A stretch of DNA of 64,000 bases from Zygnema circumcarinatum SAG 698-1b (GCA_037447605.1 CM074806.1:4712001-4776000); one strand, 5' to 3'. Positions 1 to 14,098 are shown, numbered from the stretch's first letter. The notes: generated by a model from the sequence alone, not told the origin. Program-made: numbers and translations.

Positions 1-310
1 CATGTCAACAATTGGTGAATTTGAATAGTTTTTTCGTCTGGGTTCTTAGAATTAAAAATTCCATTCGCCTTGGTCTTACTTTACTTTCTGGAAGGAAATT
101 AATCTTTAGGCTTTGACCGTACGAAGTGCAACCCACTTATAAGTCACAATACGGCACTGCAAACTACGTAGCCATCTCGCATCGACTGATTTATTATAGA
201 AATGGGACCAGTCCAATGCAGAAACGTCCTGACCTAAATCTATATTTTCTAGGAAAGGGCTGAAGAACGCAAATCTGACAGCCAAAATTTGTATTTGTGA
301 GTTGGCTTAG

Positions 311-3300
311 ACATATACTGGAAGCATTCTCATTGCCGTCAACCCCTTCACCATCCTGCCGGGCCTTTACGACGATGACATGAAGGTTCAGTATAAAGGG
401 GCTCGTTTTGGGGAACTCTCACCCCATGTCTTCGCTGTAGCTGATAATGCCTACAGGTGAGCTTGAACTGCTAAGATATGGAATCCCATTTTTTTTTACT
501 TTGCGAGCATCTGGAAGAGGGGTTTTGCTGTACAGTTGTTCAGAAGGAAATTCAATACAGAGTTCTGAACGCAACATAATAGCTGAACTTCTCATGCATT
601 CATGGTTTCTTACGGCAATATTATGGAGGAATTCATCACGAATGCAGGGCCATGATCCGGCGAAAATGCAGCCAGTCCATTTTGATTAGCGGGGAGTCTG
701 GTGCTGGAAAAACGGAGACCACAAAACTTGTCATGGAATATGTTGCCGAGCTGAGTGGCAGAACTGAAGACGAGCGCAGCGTGGAGTCCCGAGTCCTTGA
801 GGTGCGGAGCCGTTTGAGTAGCTGTTTTGGTCCAAAAGTGTTGTCTTTGAGCCCATGAGGTGTCGCAAGTCAGTCGAATCTATTATGTACGCTGTTCATT
901 TTCGATCTTGTGGCTACTTTTCTTGCTGCGTTTTTTGTACATGAGGGTGCCTGTTTTCCCTGCTTTAGAATTTGCCATGTCATATTGGTCCATGTGCATT
1001 TTAGGTGAGAAAACGTGTAGCACAACAACTCTCATGTTACCCAGGGTTATTGTGACGAGAATGGCTTTGTGGTCATGGAGCAGTTATATTTGAGCTGAAA
1101 TTAATTTGTAAATAAAACAGTATTGTCTTACAAGTTGTCGTGTTTTTTTTCACAGTCAAATCCAATCCTCGAGGCCTTTGGAAATGCGAAGACTGTCAGA
1201 AACCACAATTCCAGGTAGGGCATCGTTTACTGATATCCTTAGGATGTCGCCTGCCGTACTTGCATCTTGTATTACCGAATGTGTATTGTCGGCAACCTTT
1301 TGCCTGCTTACCTGTCTGTTTCAATAAAACAAACATCAAGCAACCATGCGGAGTGCCATTGAGATGGGTGAATTGTTTTTCATGCTGGAAGATTCCTGTT
1401 GGTGTTCGCGGGTCTACCTGTTTGTTTAGCATGCCAGGAAGGAATATGCGTAGCTTTCGGTGCTATTGCAGTAGCGCCTGCTTGACTTCTTCTTGCCCAG
1501 GAGGAGACGAAGCCAATTTTTTTTTTTTTTTTTTTGTTCTTCAACTGTTAAATACGCTGACTTGAATGACGTTTTCGATACATGCAGCCGATTCGGAAAG
1601 TTTGTTCAGATTCTGTTCAGCGAGGATGGAAAGGTTTCAGGAGCAGTGGTGAAGGCATATCTGCTGGAAAAGTCACGAGTAGTGCAAATTAGAGACCCAG
1701 AACGCAATTATCACTGTTTCTACCAACTCTGCGCAGGAGCTACTCCAGAGGTTGGCTCCATGTCTGCTCCATTGGTGTATTATGTCTGGGAAGAAGCCAT
1801 CCTGTTTCTTTCTACGAGTTACCATATCTTTTTTAGATGGGCATGACTGGAAGGCAATCGCCCTGCTCGTTTCTCTACAGTGTATTTGTTCAGGTTTCAG
1901 GCTCTGAATGAGGTCTGGATAAGATATGTGTAGTCCTGGGCATGCATTCCACTTAAGACAGTGCTAAAATGCCTAATCACGTGATGCAAAATGCCAATGA
2001 GATCTTGATTGTTTGAGCTTTTCTCGTACGACTGCCCCTTTTTCTCCAACTTTACACATTTTTCAGCCCTGTTGTATTCTCTCCGAATAATGGGCTGGCT
2101 TTCTTATCTCCTCCGGTAAACCTCTGTGTTTCTGACATCAGATACCTGGTTGCTCTGTTGTCCTCAATTGACCTCTGGCAGGAAGCGAAAAGGTACATGC
2201 TGCCAGATGTTGAAGACAGAGCAAAGCAATTTTACTATCTGAATCAGAGCAGTTGCTTTGAGCTCACAGAGCGTGACTCCGATGCCCAAAGCTTTTTTTT
2301 CACCAAGCACGCCATGAAGCTAATGGGCATCTCGCAGCGGGAGCAGGTGAGATGCACTGTGCCATGGAGTAACGGAGGGGAAGTGGCTGTATGAGTCATA
2401 CTGTTTGAATGGAAAGTCCTGAACGCATTAGACTGAGGATCATGCCATGGATCTATGGTGTGGGCAACCTTATTATTGTGATGCCAGAATCAAAATGGAA
2501 GTGTCACCTTCTGGGAATGACAACAAGAACCTGCCATTGGTTTTAGACACTTTCGAGCAATTTTTTTTTGCATACTGATTTTTTTTGGTGTTGATTCCGA
2601 TTCAGCAATGCTGTTGATTCAGCAACATTGCTGTAATCTTCCTTCTCCTCCTGACTGTGCACATGGCGTTGGACATATTCTTTTTCCTCATTTGATATGA
2701 GAAAATTCTTCAGGCATCTACAGCATTTCACGATCCCGAACGATTTCTCGTTACTAAATCTTTCTGGCCTGTTCTTTGCTTGGAGCTGTCGGACTTGCAG
2801 GACTCCTTATTTATGATTCTTTCAGCCATTCTGCATCTGGGCAATTCGGTTTTTGTTGACGTGGAATGTGAGCAGCCTCTTTCGGTGCCAGACTCGACGA
2901 ATCGGGAGCTGGATGTTGTTGCCACCCTTCTTCAGTAAGCCCAATTTTCGTAGTAGTACAGTTGGAGCCCATATTCGAAGAATGAGAGTGCGAAAAAGAA
3001 AAATTATCATCAAACCAGTTGAATCATTCAGCAATCTCTTTCCTGGTTTGAAGGAGAGGGGATGAGGGAAGATGGTGAGTGTCTATATGTTGTGCATTCT
3101 AATGGCATGAATACAAACAGCAATAGTTCTGGACAAGGAGAAATTATATTTGAGTGAGTCATGTCCAATCCTGTGAAAGGTTTTAGTTTTATGTGCCGAA
3201 CTTGGGGAAATTCTGCAACGGAGGCTAGTTTCTAATCGCTTTATCCAAGGTACACCAATGCCTGAATTTGGAACCTCAATGCAAGCGAAAGTTTAGGGCA

Positions 3301-6300
3301 TAGATTGACAGGAATTTGTGGTCCAACTGCAACTTGGCAGGTGTGACAGAGATGAGCTCGAGGAATCCCTTACTACGATAAACCGAAGAATGGGCTCTTC
3401 ATGGGTGAAGAGCCCCCTCAATTCCAAAGCAGCTGCAGCGAAACGAGATTCTCTTGCCAAGAATCTTTATGCCAAAGTGTTTGCATGGTAAATCATTCTC
3501 CAATACAATCTCTAACTCACATGTATACCTTCAAGGAGAGAAAATCGTGACTCACAAAGTGACGCTGAGAATGATACTCGTTTGCTCCGATTGCTGTGCA
3601 GGATAGTCAGCAAGATTAACCAAGCCATCAGTGGAACTCAGGAGGCTAAGTTCTACATTGCGGTACTTGACATTTATGGGTTCGAGCATTTCACGTCCAA
3701 CAGGTATGAGTGATTCCATGCCCATAAAACCCAGTAGTAAAGCAATTCAATCATTGCAGCAGCATCTCCAACCCCTCACCTTGATCCACATGTATGGTCT
3801 GTTTCTTACTGCATGTACACAGGTTAGAAGGTAGGAATGGAGACAAGCGGATGATCTACCTCTGGTCTAGCATTGAGTATTTTCTAACAGTGCATTGAAA
3901 TATTTCTTGCCAAGCTACCTGCACTATACGGATGTTCAGTGAAATATGGCCCACATGCAACACTTTTCAACCTAACTACTTTCATCGCTGTACACCTCTA
4001 CATTCCACATGCAGTTTTGAGCAGTTTTGTATCAACCTTGCCAATGAGAAGCTGCAGCAACATTTCAATCAGGTAATTTCTTTTGCACGGTTTGCATGAG
4101 CTTTAGAAATCTCTGAAAAAACTTTAGATGGTCGGGAAGATGTAATTACCGATGCTGCCTTGTGGTAACTCAATGTGTCGCATTGTCCTAGAGGAGAAGG
4201 TACTTTCCACTGGTGGGCAACCGGTGGGGAAGCTGTTCGCTATGCTCTGGCATGACTGGTAGAGTATGAAGGATATCTATCTATTTTCTTTGTCTTCCTT
4301 CAATCCCTTTAGTAAATGAGCTGAAGTGCCTGCGTTTGCTTGTGGGGACTCCAGACCGTACTTAAAATGGAACAAGATGAATATGAGCGTGAGAAGATCA
4401 ATTGGACCCGCATTCTGTTTGACGATAATCAGGATTGCGTGGACCTTATCGAACGGGTGAGATCATGCATATTGACCATGCACATTTCTTCTTAGGGGAG
4501 GCTCTGTCGACTCATTTCATTCTGCTTGAGGATCTTCCTTTCTGCCGCTGAAAGAAATCCGGAAGGAAGGAAGGAAGTCACGCTTTTGCCGATTGAGGGC
4601 TTTTCCTTATCGATCTTTGAGCTGGTTGTTTTTCCAGTTGAAATTGGTTTCTCTGTTCTATACTTGTCTGATGATGTTTGTGCAAATGTTGACCCATGTT
4701 TTTGGGGTGCCTGAGATACTCCTGCACTATGCTAATGGAACCTTCTGGGTCTGTGGATGTGTGCCAGAACCAAGGCATTCTAGCATTACTTGACGATGCA
4801 TGGTGAGCCAGCTCATGTCCCATACTTCATGATACCAGGGGGGGGGGACGTCTAGAGCAGTTCTCCCTGGTCGTTTACCTCTTGCTTCGACCTATTTCTG
4901 GCAGAATAGTTGTAGTGTGTCGATTATTTACATTGACATGAATGATAATATTGGCATCCATGAACTAATATTCCATGAGTCAGCGTAGCTGTGAGGGTTT
5001 GATCGTATATATGTCAGGATGTAGTGGGTAGGCCAGGAGAGAATCCTTGTTCCCTATTGGACTTTAATGTGAATGAAGCATTTAAGTAGTACTGGTGGGC
5101 CCCTTCGGACTTTGTTATAACCGCGAGTTCTGCCTCCTATGCTGGTGTGTTTCAGAAAGTGAACTTCCAGGATTGCGTGTAATTATTGTTCGAAATTTTG
5201 TTCTCTTTTTTGTGCAGCAAATTGGAAGCATCTACTGCACAAACGTTCACGGATCAACTGAGTCGCAAATGGGGTTCGCATAGGAGAATCTCCAAAGTCC
5301 GAGCGTCTTCCGCGAAGTTCACTCTTCACCACTATGCAGGCGAGGTACGCGCTTGGCAAAACCTGCTTAGAGCGCAATACCGCATTCTGGCTGGGTGGTT
5401 GTGAGAGCTAGTATAAAACACGTTTTCTGCCACTTCCATTCGGGTAACAAAGTCAACAGTAACTGGTGGAACAGAGGTTGAGCATCTTACTAAGAAGTAT
5501 GAAAGGCCACTTTTTGGCTTTTCTTCTCTGTCACATTGGGCTCCGCTTCATCAAATGTTCGTGACTGCTCGCACTAGGTGCCAATTGTAATATCACGTCA
5601 GTTGCTCGCTTTTTACGAGCCACCTTTACGGAGGTGGGTGTTTCATTTGCAGGTGAATTACTCAACAGAGGAGTTTATTTCCAAGAACTCCGATTCCTTT
5701 ACACCGGAACACGAAAGATTGCTTGCAGGGTCAAAGAGTCCATTTGTTTCTGCTTTGTTTCCCAGCCTGGAGCAGATCAGTGGGCGCAATAAATTTGTTT
5801 CACTGGGTAATGCCTTCAAGGTACGTCCAGAACTTACTACGAGGCCTTCCTGTAATCCTCACTTTTGTTTCATCTGAACATCATTTCTCCAATACGCTTT
5901 GCTTTAGGGCTAAAAGCCATGATTTGACGCGCAGGGTGAACCCTGCAGGTCCAACTGAAGGAGCTCATGGAAACCCTCTTCCAGACAGAGCCCCACTATA
6001 TCCGTTGTGTTAAGCCCAACCTACAGCTTCAACCAGGCGTATTCAACAGGGAGCTTGTGATTCAACAGCTCCGCTCAGGAGTGAGTACATTCTTACTTGT
6101 TCTTGAAGCACAATAGAGCTCTCTGGTAACCCACGAGTCATGTAGGTCAGTTAGTTTGGTAAGGAGTGTGATGATGGCTGTACAATGTCCTTCTCTTGAG
6201 CACTGGACCAGGGTTATTTCAACTCTGCTTTTATCAAATGGTGGCGCAGGGTGTTCTTGAGGCTGTGAGAGTATGCTCTGCAGGATATCCTGCGAGGCAA

Positions 6301-9300
6301 AGTTTTGCAGACTTCATTGACCGCTTTGATGTTCTGAATCCAAAGAATCTTGGAGAAAGGTATCTCCAATCACTTGTGCTCTTAACCCTCTGTCAACGTT
6401 GGTGTTGATTGCACCCCCTGCGCTCTTGTCCTGCCATTGGCAACGACGTATTTTATTTTCTACCAGTGTTAGAATTTCGTTTTGTACGATATGACTGATT
6501 GACTGTTTTATTTCATCTTTCTATGAACATACCCGATAGTTAATATGGCGTTTATGTCCATTCTGACCTGGCTAGCAAACTGGCTACCGCAGCAAACTCT
6601 GAGATTCGCTGATTGGTGTTATTGTCTGGGCAGTATGAGTGACAGGGAGCGATGCCGTGCCATCCTTGAGAAAATTCCTCTTGATGGCTACCAGGTCAGT
6701 GGATCAAATTTCCTGGGCAGGTTTCCTGCTGCATGTTTACATTTTTTTTCAAAAAGTCATGTGTATGTGGGTTTTTCGTTCTCTACGCGCATCCGCTTGA
6801 AGGTCTTGAATTTTAACGGTTCTGAACATTGCAGTCCCCGTGCCTTTAGATAGCATTTGCTACAGGCCCTCTTAAATGTATCAGCTCCTAAAAGGAAAGG
6901 CCACTTTTCATATGGTCGTTTGGTCCTGCTCCTCATGTTTTATCCAGATCGGCATTACCAAGTTGTTTTTCCGAGAAGGTCAGATGATGCTGCTGGAAAC
7001 TCTCCGACTCGAATTCTTGAACAAAGTGGCTGCAAAAATTCAGCGACGCTTCCGGAAACATATCTATGGGGTCAGGAGAATCGCAGCCATGATGCTGCAA
7101 ACGTGGTGGCGGGGTATGTATATGCAGATCCTGCTATGGCCATGTTTATGTTTCAAGTGCTATATTTTGAAAATGGGAGTGATTGTTTGCAGAGAGAGGT
7201 GATTAGATTTCAAAGTTGTCTGCAAGTGTCTCCCTGATTGGATCATTTTTTTTCAGATTTAAGTTCTCATGTATGAGCTATTGTTTTTGTGGAGTTGCTT
7301 GCGGAAGGTACAGATACTCTTGTCAGTTTGTTTTGATCCGTTTCGTTCCTTACTTGCTTTTTACTTTAATTCTTACCAGGACAGTGGACATCATTTGCAT
7401 GCTGTCATATGAATGTATTCTGATGCCTCTGTTTAGATGGATGAGAACTTGATATTGGCTTGTGCGCTCCATGTTGATATGAAGATAGAACTTGTGCCGC
7501 AGGACAATTAGGGCAAAGGAACTGTCAGAAATTGCGCGAGAATAAGGCGGCCCTGATCATACAAAAATATGAGCGAGCCCGGCAAAAGCGTAGATATGAA
7601 CAGAGGTTGTATGCAGCCATTGTCCTTTGCCAATCGATGGTTCGAGCTAAGTTTGTACGGAAGAAACGGAAAGAAATGGTTCGTGATCGCGCAGCCATTA
7701 CAATTCAGGTGAGGGAATTTGAAGCTGAAGGCCTGAATGGTTTGAAGGTTTTGCATGTTGGGAAGAAACAAAGATGCGAGGGTACCTGTTTTACGGTAAT
7801 GACAAATTTCTTGATGTAGTTGCTGTTTGCTGCAACAAAAATTTTGGGCAAGTTTGTTTTTACAAACTTGCCCTGGGCGGCTAGAATATTTGTTTGCTAG
7901 GACTCGCATTGCCGGTACTATTATTGGAAAGGAGAAAGAAACAGCTCTGGGTACTGCACTTCTTTAATGAAATGTTCTTTCCTAGTTTGAGCTGTCGTCA
8001 ATTTTTGTTATAGGAGGGAGGAGTTCGTTGGCGGAAATTGAGAGTAGAGAAGCTCTCTTGAGGATTTATGTGACTGCTGTGTGAAGTCCAATGTAGTGAA
8101 TAGGGGAGAATATGTCTCGATTTCCCTTGGTGTTGTTTGCGTGGAATGGGATATACATAAACGCAGCCTTTTTTTTCAACTTATTTTTACAATGATTTTG
8201 GTTATTGAGTCCCATAGTCACCGTAAAGTAGCGCAAGGATTGAAGTGATTTCTAATATAATGGAAGGTACATCTAGAGTTTTCCCTTTTTTAAAAACTGA
8301 AAGTATCTGCTGAGGAAAAACGAGGGCTTGTCTCAGAGGCACTGGAGAGGCTATCTGAAGCGAAGGCCATGGAACAACCTCCGGCAGCTAATAAAATGCC
8401 GCATTGCCCGGAAGGAGCTCTCTCTGCTTCGACTGGAGTCTGCTTCACATAAGTTGGTAAGTCTGATTCTAAGCTTCAGTGAAAACCTACAATAGGCCAG
8501 TGTGCATACTCTTCATATCGCATTTGTTGACTAAACAAAGAAAAAGTACACTATACATCTCACTTGAATAGTGGCCGTTATGCCGCACATGCAAGCACAA
8601 GAAACTGAAGCTGGAAACTAGGTCATATACCTCTTACTGCTTATGTTCTGAGTCTTTTGGGTCCTTGAGAGAGCGAATGTTCGGTATAAAAATCACAAAC
8701 GTATGCACATACTTTGGATCTGCTTTCCTGCTTATCTGTAGCTAAGTTATCTAAGCCTGTCAGGACTAAGCTTCCCTTTTTTGTTGATAGAAATTGCCTT
8801 GTGTACGACACATTTTGTTCAATGCCATGTTGTCTGGGAAGTGTAATAGCTCATGAATTTTGGCAATGAATTCTGCAGAAGGAGCAACATTTACCGTCAA
8901 CAACTGCCAGCGTCCAATCCCTTGAAGTGAAGTGCGATAAGGTAGGCGTGATACATTTCTCATGCATAGCCAGCTATGAGAAATCGATCTCTAACTCTCG
9001 CAGTGAATGCTTATGGTGTAAACCTTTTGGACTGCTTTAAAAGTCATAGCATAAGCGTACGATTTCCATCACTCTCTGAACTTTCTCGTAAATTGCTTCA
9101 AGTGGTCATAGTCTTCTGCTCTGCTATTTTGACAGCTTGCAGTACAGCTTGACCAGTCGGAACGGGAGAAAAAGGCGGCTGTAAGTGAGCTGCGACTGTT
9201 GCGACAAGAGAATGAAAAATTGAAGGCCCTCGTGGAGGCAAGGAACGAGGAAATCAATTGGTTCCATGAAAACCTGCAAAGGAGTCGAATACAGTGGCTG

Positions 9301-12300
9301 GAAAATTCCATGCATTTTCAACAGGTCAGCCTCATGAGGGGCATTTGGGAGTGCTGCTGCCATTCCTAGGTGGCAGATACCTGCTCCGCAGTGAAACCTG
9401 CTTTGTGATATTGTTGCTTGCTGCTTTCTGATTAATCCCTATATGATGTAGACAGTTATCTAATAACTGTTTTGCACTGCATCAAGTTCCCAGAAGCTTC
9501 TGACCTTCGTTCTGAATCTGTGTTACATTTCTGTGTTTGTGCTTCCATTTGCAGTTCTCATCTGAAAGTGTACCGACTTCTGACAGCGTTTCAGAGCAGT
9601 CAGTATCCGGGCGAAAGCCGTATACTGAAGTCAACGAGAGTACTCAATTTTCAGGCTCCCGAAGTCAACGGCCTGCTGCTCCTGAACCCCATCCGGCCCC
9701 CCGCAAAGTTCCTAAACGTGAAGGTTTATCTGCATCGGAGTTGGCAACGAAGCTAATGCAGGGAGTTCATGTGGGAGTGGATACCATCGCAAAGGTTCTG
9801 CAAAATGTTGCGAAAGAGGCGGAGATGGCTATGCAGGTGAAGAAGCAGAACGTGGTTCTGCAAGCCTATAACAAGGAGGCATGGAACAGGATGGCTGCTG
9901 CAGAGAAGGAAGCCAATAAGATGAACGAGATTATTGCACGTAGTAGTGAAACAATCGCAGCTCTGCAGCTGGAAGTAGCAAGTTTGACGTCAAGACTGAA
10001 GGAGATGGAAGCCGGGTAAGGCTCCTCTTCAGCTGCCTGCATTTCAAAAAAAAAAAAAAATCTAAGATGATTTTCTTGTGTAGGACCTTTGTTCAAGCCG
10101 CTTCTCCTGACGTCTAGCAGTCTGAGTTTAGTTTGTATTAATGAAACGAGTGGAGCCTTGTTATCATGAAGTACAAATGTTACCACATAGCCGGTTGAGG
10201 TTCAGCAACTGAGGCATATGGTTGAGATCGTGGCAGAAAAGCGCGGTTGGAGACGGAGACGAAAGCGCTGGGGAGCAGATTGATGGATTTGCACTCGACA
10301 AGTGGATTACGGTTCGCCGATGACGAGCAAGTGAGTTGCCTGTATACCGCTGAAGCAATTCCAAGCCTTCCGATTTCCTCTTCACTTTGCTCTCCAAAGC
10401 CTTCCTTATGGAGTTTTAGAGTATTCGTTTACAGATTTTGTACATTTCATGGCTCCAAGTGACTCTGATCAACCGTGCTTGCTTCTCTGTTGAAAAGTTA
10501 TCCCTCGTCTCTTTCCTTCAAGATCCTTCGGAGTTTCCTACCGCATAAGAGGAGCTACGTAGTTAATGACTGTGTTTCACGTGGTGGTTTCATTTTTCAC
10601 GTGGTGGTTCAGGAAGCCCTATTACTGAAAGTAACCACTGAGAACCTTGGTTTCAGTCCTGAAGGCCAACCACGCGCTGCAGCCATTCTGTTCAAAGCCA
10701 TGCAAAGTTGGCATGTGTTGGAGGTTGATACGGAGGAGCCTCTCTTCTTGATCAGCATAGCTAAGCACTTGCAGCAAGCTGCTAGAGGCGCAATCGATGA
10801 TGTGGCGTATTGGCTAACCAATGCAGTCACGCTTTATTTCCTTTTGGAGACGTCATATGTCCCCTTGAAGGCGAAGCGTGTTCGAAAGATCTCTATGTTT
10901 GGTCGCAAGGAAGGCAAGAAGAATGAGCCGTTGGCTCTGCTCACGTTCAAGTGTGAACTTTGGGCAGCAGTTGAGCAGCTTTATTCAGCGCTTGTGGCGT
11001 CAGGAAAAGCGAACCTTCAGCATGTCCTTCAAACTGTTGCGGTCAGTCACCACACCTGATGCTGTGCTTTGTGGGGGGATGGGTTAGGATGCACTCACAT
11101 CACATCACATGTCTTTGTTTGAAATGAAAACCATTCAGGTGGCCCGGAGTCAAATCTTCGTGAAGTCGATGCAATGAGTATGCGATAGTTGTACAATCCC
11201 AGTTCCTCAAGCTCGAATTTCCCTTGAGAACTTGTCGAGAGGACTCGTCTGTAACTCGATTCAATCCACCTGCTTTGTATCTGCAGCAAGAGGTGGAGCA
11301 GGAAACCACGAGGAGTCTTCAGCGTTCTGCGACGCAAAAGCATCGCCAAGTTGCGCAGTGTTGGGATGGAGTTCAGCATGTTCTGCGGCAGACTCTGGAC
11401 CAACTCTGCATCGCCTGTGTTCCCATGTACTTACTGAGAGATGTCATGAAGAATCTTGTGGCGCACCTCAACTGTCGTATTTTTAATAGGTCTGTCTCCC
11501 TTCCGATTTCTTGGCCCACAATCTACCCTGAATGATTTTACGCTAGCTAACATCTGTAGCGTAGAAGGTGTCACAGCAACACCACTGTTACTGCCGCATT
11601 TTTCTGTTCAATTTGACAATGTTTCGCCGATTGAAACGCTATGATGTTTCCCTATTTTGTAATTTCTGTTTTAGACAAAACTTTGAGAGATGCACTCGCT
11701 ATGCATGCATGACGGGGATATTTCGACCGAGTCAAGGCATGTAGAGGCTAGAAGGACCAGCTTCAAACTCTTTCGGTATACATAGTTGAAGTCTAATTCC
11801 TTCTCCCAGTAGACTGAAATGTCTGGGGGGTTTTGGGCGGCTTGTGCTTGTTGTTTGGTTGCATGAGGGAACAGCATGATGGTTCGCAAAGCATGGTGCC
11901 CCCTTACCTTTAGCCATGGGGAGGCACTTTCATTTCAACTTGAGCGCATCAAGCGGTGGCTCAACGACCTTGACAAGATGTTGGAGAATGCAGTTGGGAA
12001 GAACAAGCCATTGAGCGACGAGCTTGCACATTTGGAACAGCTCGTGGATTTTTTGGTGGGTGGCCTTTTGTTTCGTCCAAAGAAAGGCAAATCAACTATA
12101 ACTGACTGCAATCAGCTGGTTTTTAGGGTTTTTAGGGTTTTTTTAGGGTTTTTAGCAAAAACACGAAAATGTTGCGTGTGCTTTAAAATGTAAGTGTCTC
12201 TGTCCCTCTCCCTTTTCTTGCCCCCCTCGACCCCTCGACCCCCACTCTCTCTTTGGTTGTAACGCTTTTGTAATGGTGATGGCTGCAGCTGTTGGACCAC

Positions 12301-12485
12301 AAACCGCAGCGGAACGTGGATGAAGTTCGGGACGTGTGCTATACTCTGACTATTCGACAGCTCATATGCATCTGCCAGTGCTACTCGGATGATAAGTACG
12401 GCTCCAAAGGCATTGATCCCATAGTGGTGGATCGCTTGCGTCAAATGTCAGATGATTCGCCCCTCCTGCTGCCAGAAGAGCAAAA
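311..12485 (+). CDS. Class XI myosin (motor, IQ neck, coiled coil, DIL globular tail); 5' exons lie upstream of the window
   Basis: Exons read by hand: 311-456 ([13 protein letters not shown]...[13 protein letters not shown]), 648-801 (P-loop GESGAGKT), 1156-1214 ([20 protein letters not shown]), 1588-1750 (RFGKF), 2182-2346, 2801-2934, 3341-3487, 3602-3703 (DIYGFE), 4015-4072 ([19 protein letters not shown]), 4355-4456, 4768-4802, 5218-5344, 5653-5820, 5949-6080 ([10 protein letters not shown]), 6250-6359, 6634-6694, 6948-7113, 7503-7708, 8337-8456 (IQ motifs), 8879-8941, 9136-9324, 9555-10015, 10237-10330, 10613-11041 (LGFS..QP.AA, YWLTN), 11287-11489, 11875-12055, 12289-12485 (YSDDKYG, DIL). 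A possible C-terminal extension via ~13015-13069 to a TAA at ~13260 is less certain. Confidence 0.95.
12120..12155 (+). repeat. Degenerate telomere-like T5-7AGGG array in a myosin intron
   Basis: Units: TTTTTAGGG, TTTTTAGGG, TTTTTTTAGGG, TTTTTAG. Confidence 0.8.
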
Positions 12486-12789
12486 GTGAGTCAATATATC
12501 TCTCTTTCTCCACCTGCTCAGCTTCCTCTGATCACAATAAGGTTACGAGTAAAGCATCGTCCTCTAACTACACGTTTTCTCTCTTCACTTTTCTCATTTA
12601 ATACTGTTCGGCTTTCAACTCTCTTTTCTTCAACCTCTTATCTCACTTTATTTGAGTTCTTTCTGGTCTTACTTGTGAGGAAAGCTGCCTCACTCACCAT
12701 TTTTTTAGGTCAATTCGTTGTTTCACTTCTCTGTGTCTTTTGCTAAGGCAACGAGTCGGTAGGGTATGCTCTGTGTGTGCGTGTGGGCG

Positions 12790-12826
12790 CTCTCTCTCTC
12801 TCTCTCTCTCTGCTTTCTGCTTTCTC

Positions 12827-12861
<35 letters not shown>

Positions 12862-12960
12862 TTCTCTCTGTGTTTGCACTCTCGCCGTTTGTTGTGCATC
12901 CTTTCTTTGTGTGTGCACTTTTTCTCTCTCTCCACTCTGTGTGTGTGTTTTTGTGTGCGT
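12790..12960. repeat. (CT)n / (GT)n microsatellite tract
   Basis: Visible dinucleotide runs; they explain the spurious SLSLSL/RERERE ORFs here. Confidence 0.9.
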
Positions 12961-14098
12961 TTCTGTTTGTTGACGTGGTTGTCCCTGTGTGGTGAGTGCA
13001 GTCTGACTCTATCAGCTCACGGTGTGATGGTGTCCATGAAGCGGAGCATGGAGACTGGCAAGGAGAGGTCAGGCGCTGCCCTCCTCTACTCTCTCATTGC
13101 TTACTCCATGTTTGATAACGATGTGATGTCATAGAATAACGGACCTGTATGTTTTCCTAGAGGTGTCTACCTCTCTGGAATTTTGTCCTTTACGGCTTTT
13201 GGCAAACCCTGATTTGGTTAAATGTTTTATGGTCTGAATGCAGGAGTTAGTGAACTGGTAACCAACACTGTTCAATGAATTATTTTTATGTTCGATCGTT
13301 ACGTTACAAAGGTTTAGGGGAGACTCGGTAAAACTCTCCTTTCTTCAATTTTTTAGGTCAGGCTGCCCTTCTTGTTCTGGCCTCATGTGAATAAGCTTCG
13401 GCTTCCTAACTTTTTGCACTCCCCCTCTTGACATATAGCATTGTAGTGTGTAGCTGTAGCTGTAGCTGTAGCGCTGGTCTTTATCACTTATTGACTATTT
13501 TGATATTCTTAAAACTTATAGTTAAGCGACCACCTTTCTGTGTCTGTCTTTCATTGCTCACCATTTATGAAATGAGAAAAAAAAAGGGGGAGGGGTTGGG
13601 ACATGATGTCCTTCAGCAAGCTCATCTCCTATTTCCCTCTTGCCTGAATTTAGAACCGGCTTCAAAAACCAAAAAGAAAAATATGGACAAAGTGAAAGCC
13701 ACTGCCAATGAGTATGCCGAAGCACAAGAACCAATTTAAATATCACGCATCACCTGCTCATCCTGCATCCTGGCTGGAGGGAGCTAATTCAACACTAGGA
13801 AGGGCTGCATCTGACAGTTCAGTAAGAAGCAAACCCTGAAAACCCTAAAATCATACAACCCTAAAGCCTTTAGAGACCTACAAATCCCAAGCCCTAAAAC
13901 GTCAGCAAGAGAATGCAAAAATCATAGCATTTACTTCTCACCTTAAGGCTTCCCTACAGTGGTTCCTGTTGCAAGCTGCTCTGGGGAACATCAGATCATG
14001 TCAGAGGCATCATAAGTAGACATCTATCTCACACCGTCATCATGAAAGACCTCATACACATTATTTCGAATACATAACTTCAGCGCAGCTTAAGAAGC

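Noticed and set aside
12694-13134. SLSLSL / RERERE ORFs (also 21910-22389, 48895-49500, 51099-51384)
   Set aside because: These are translations of CT/GA microsatellites.
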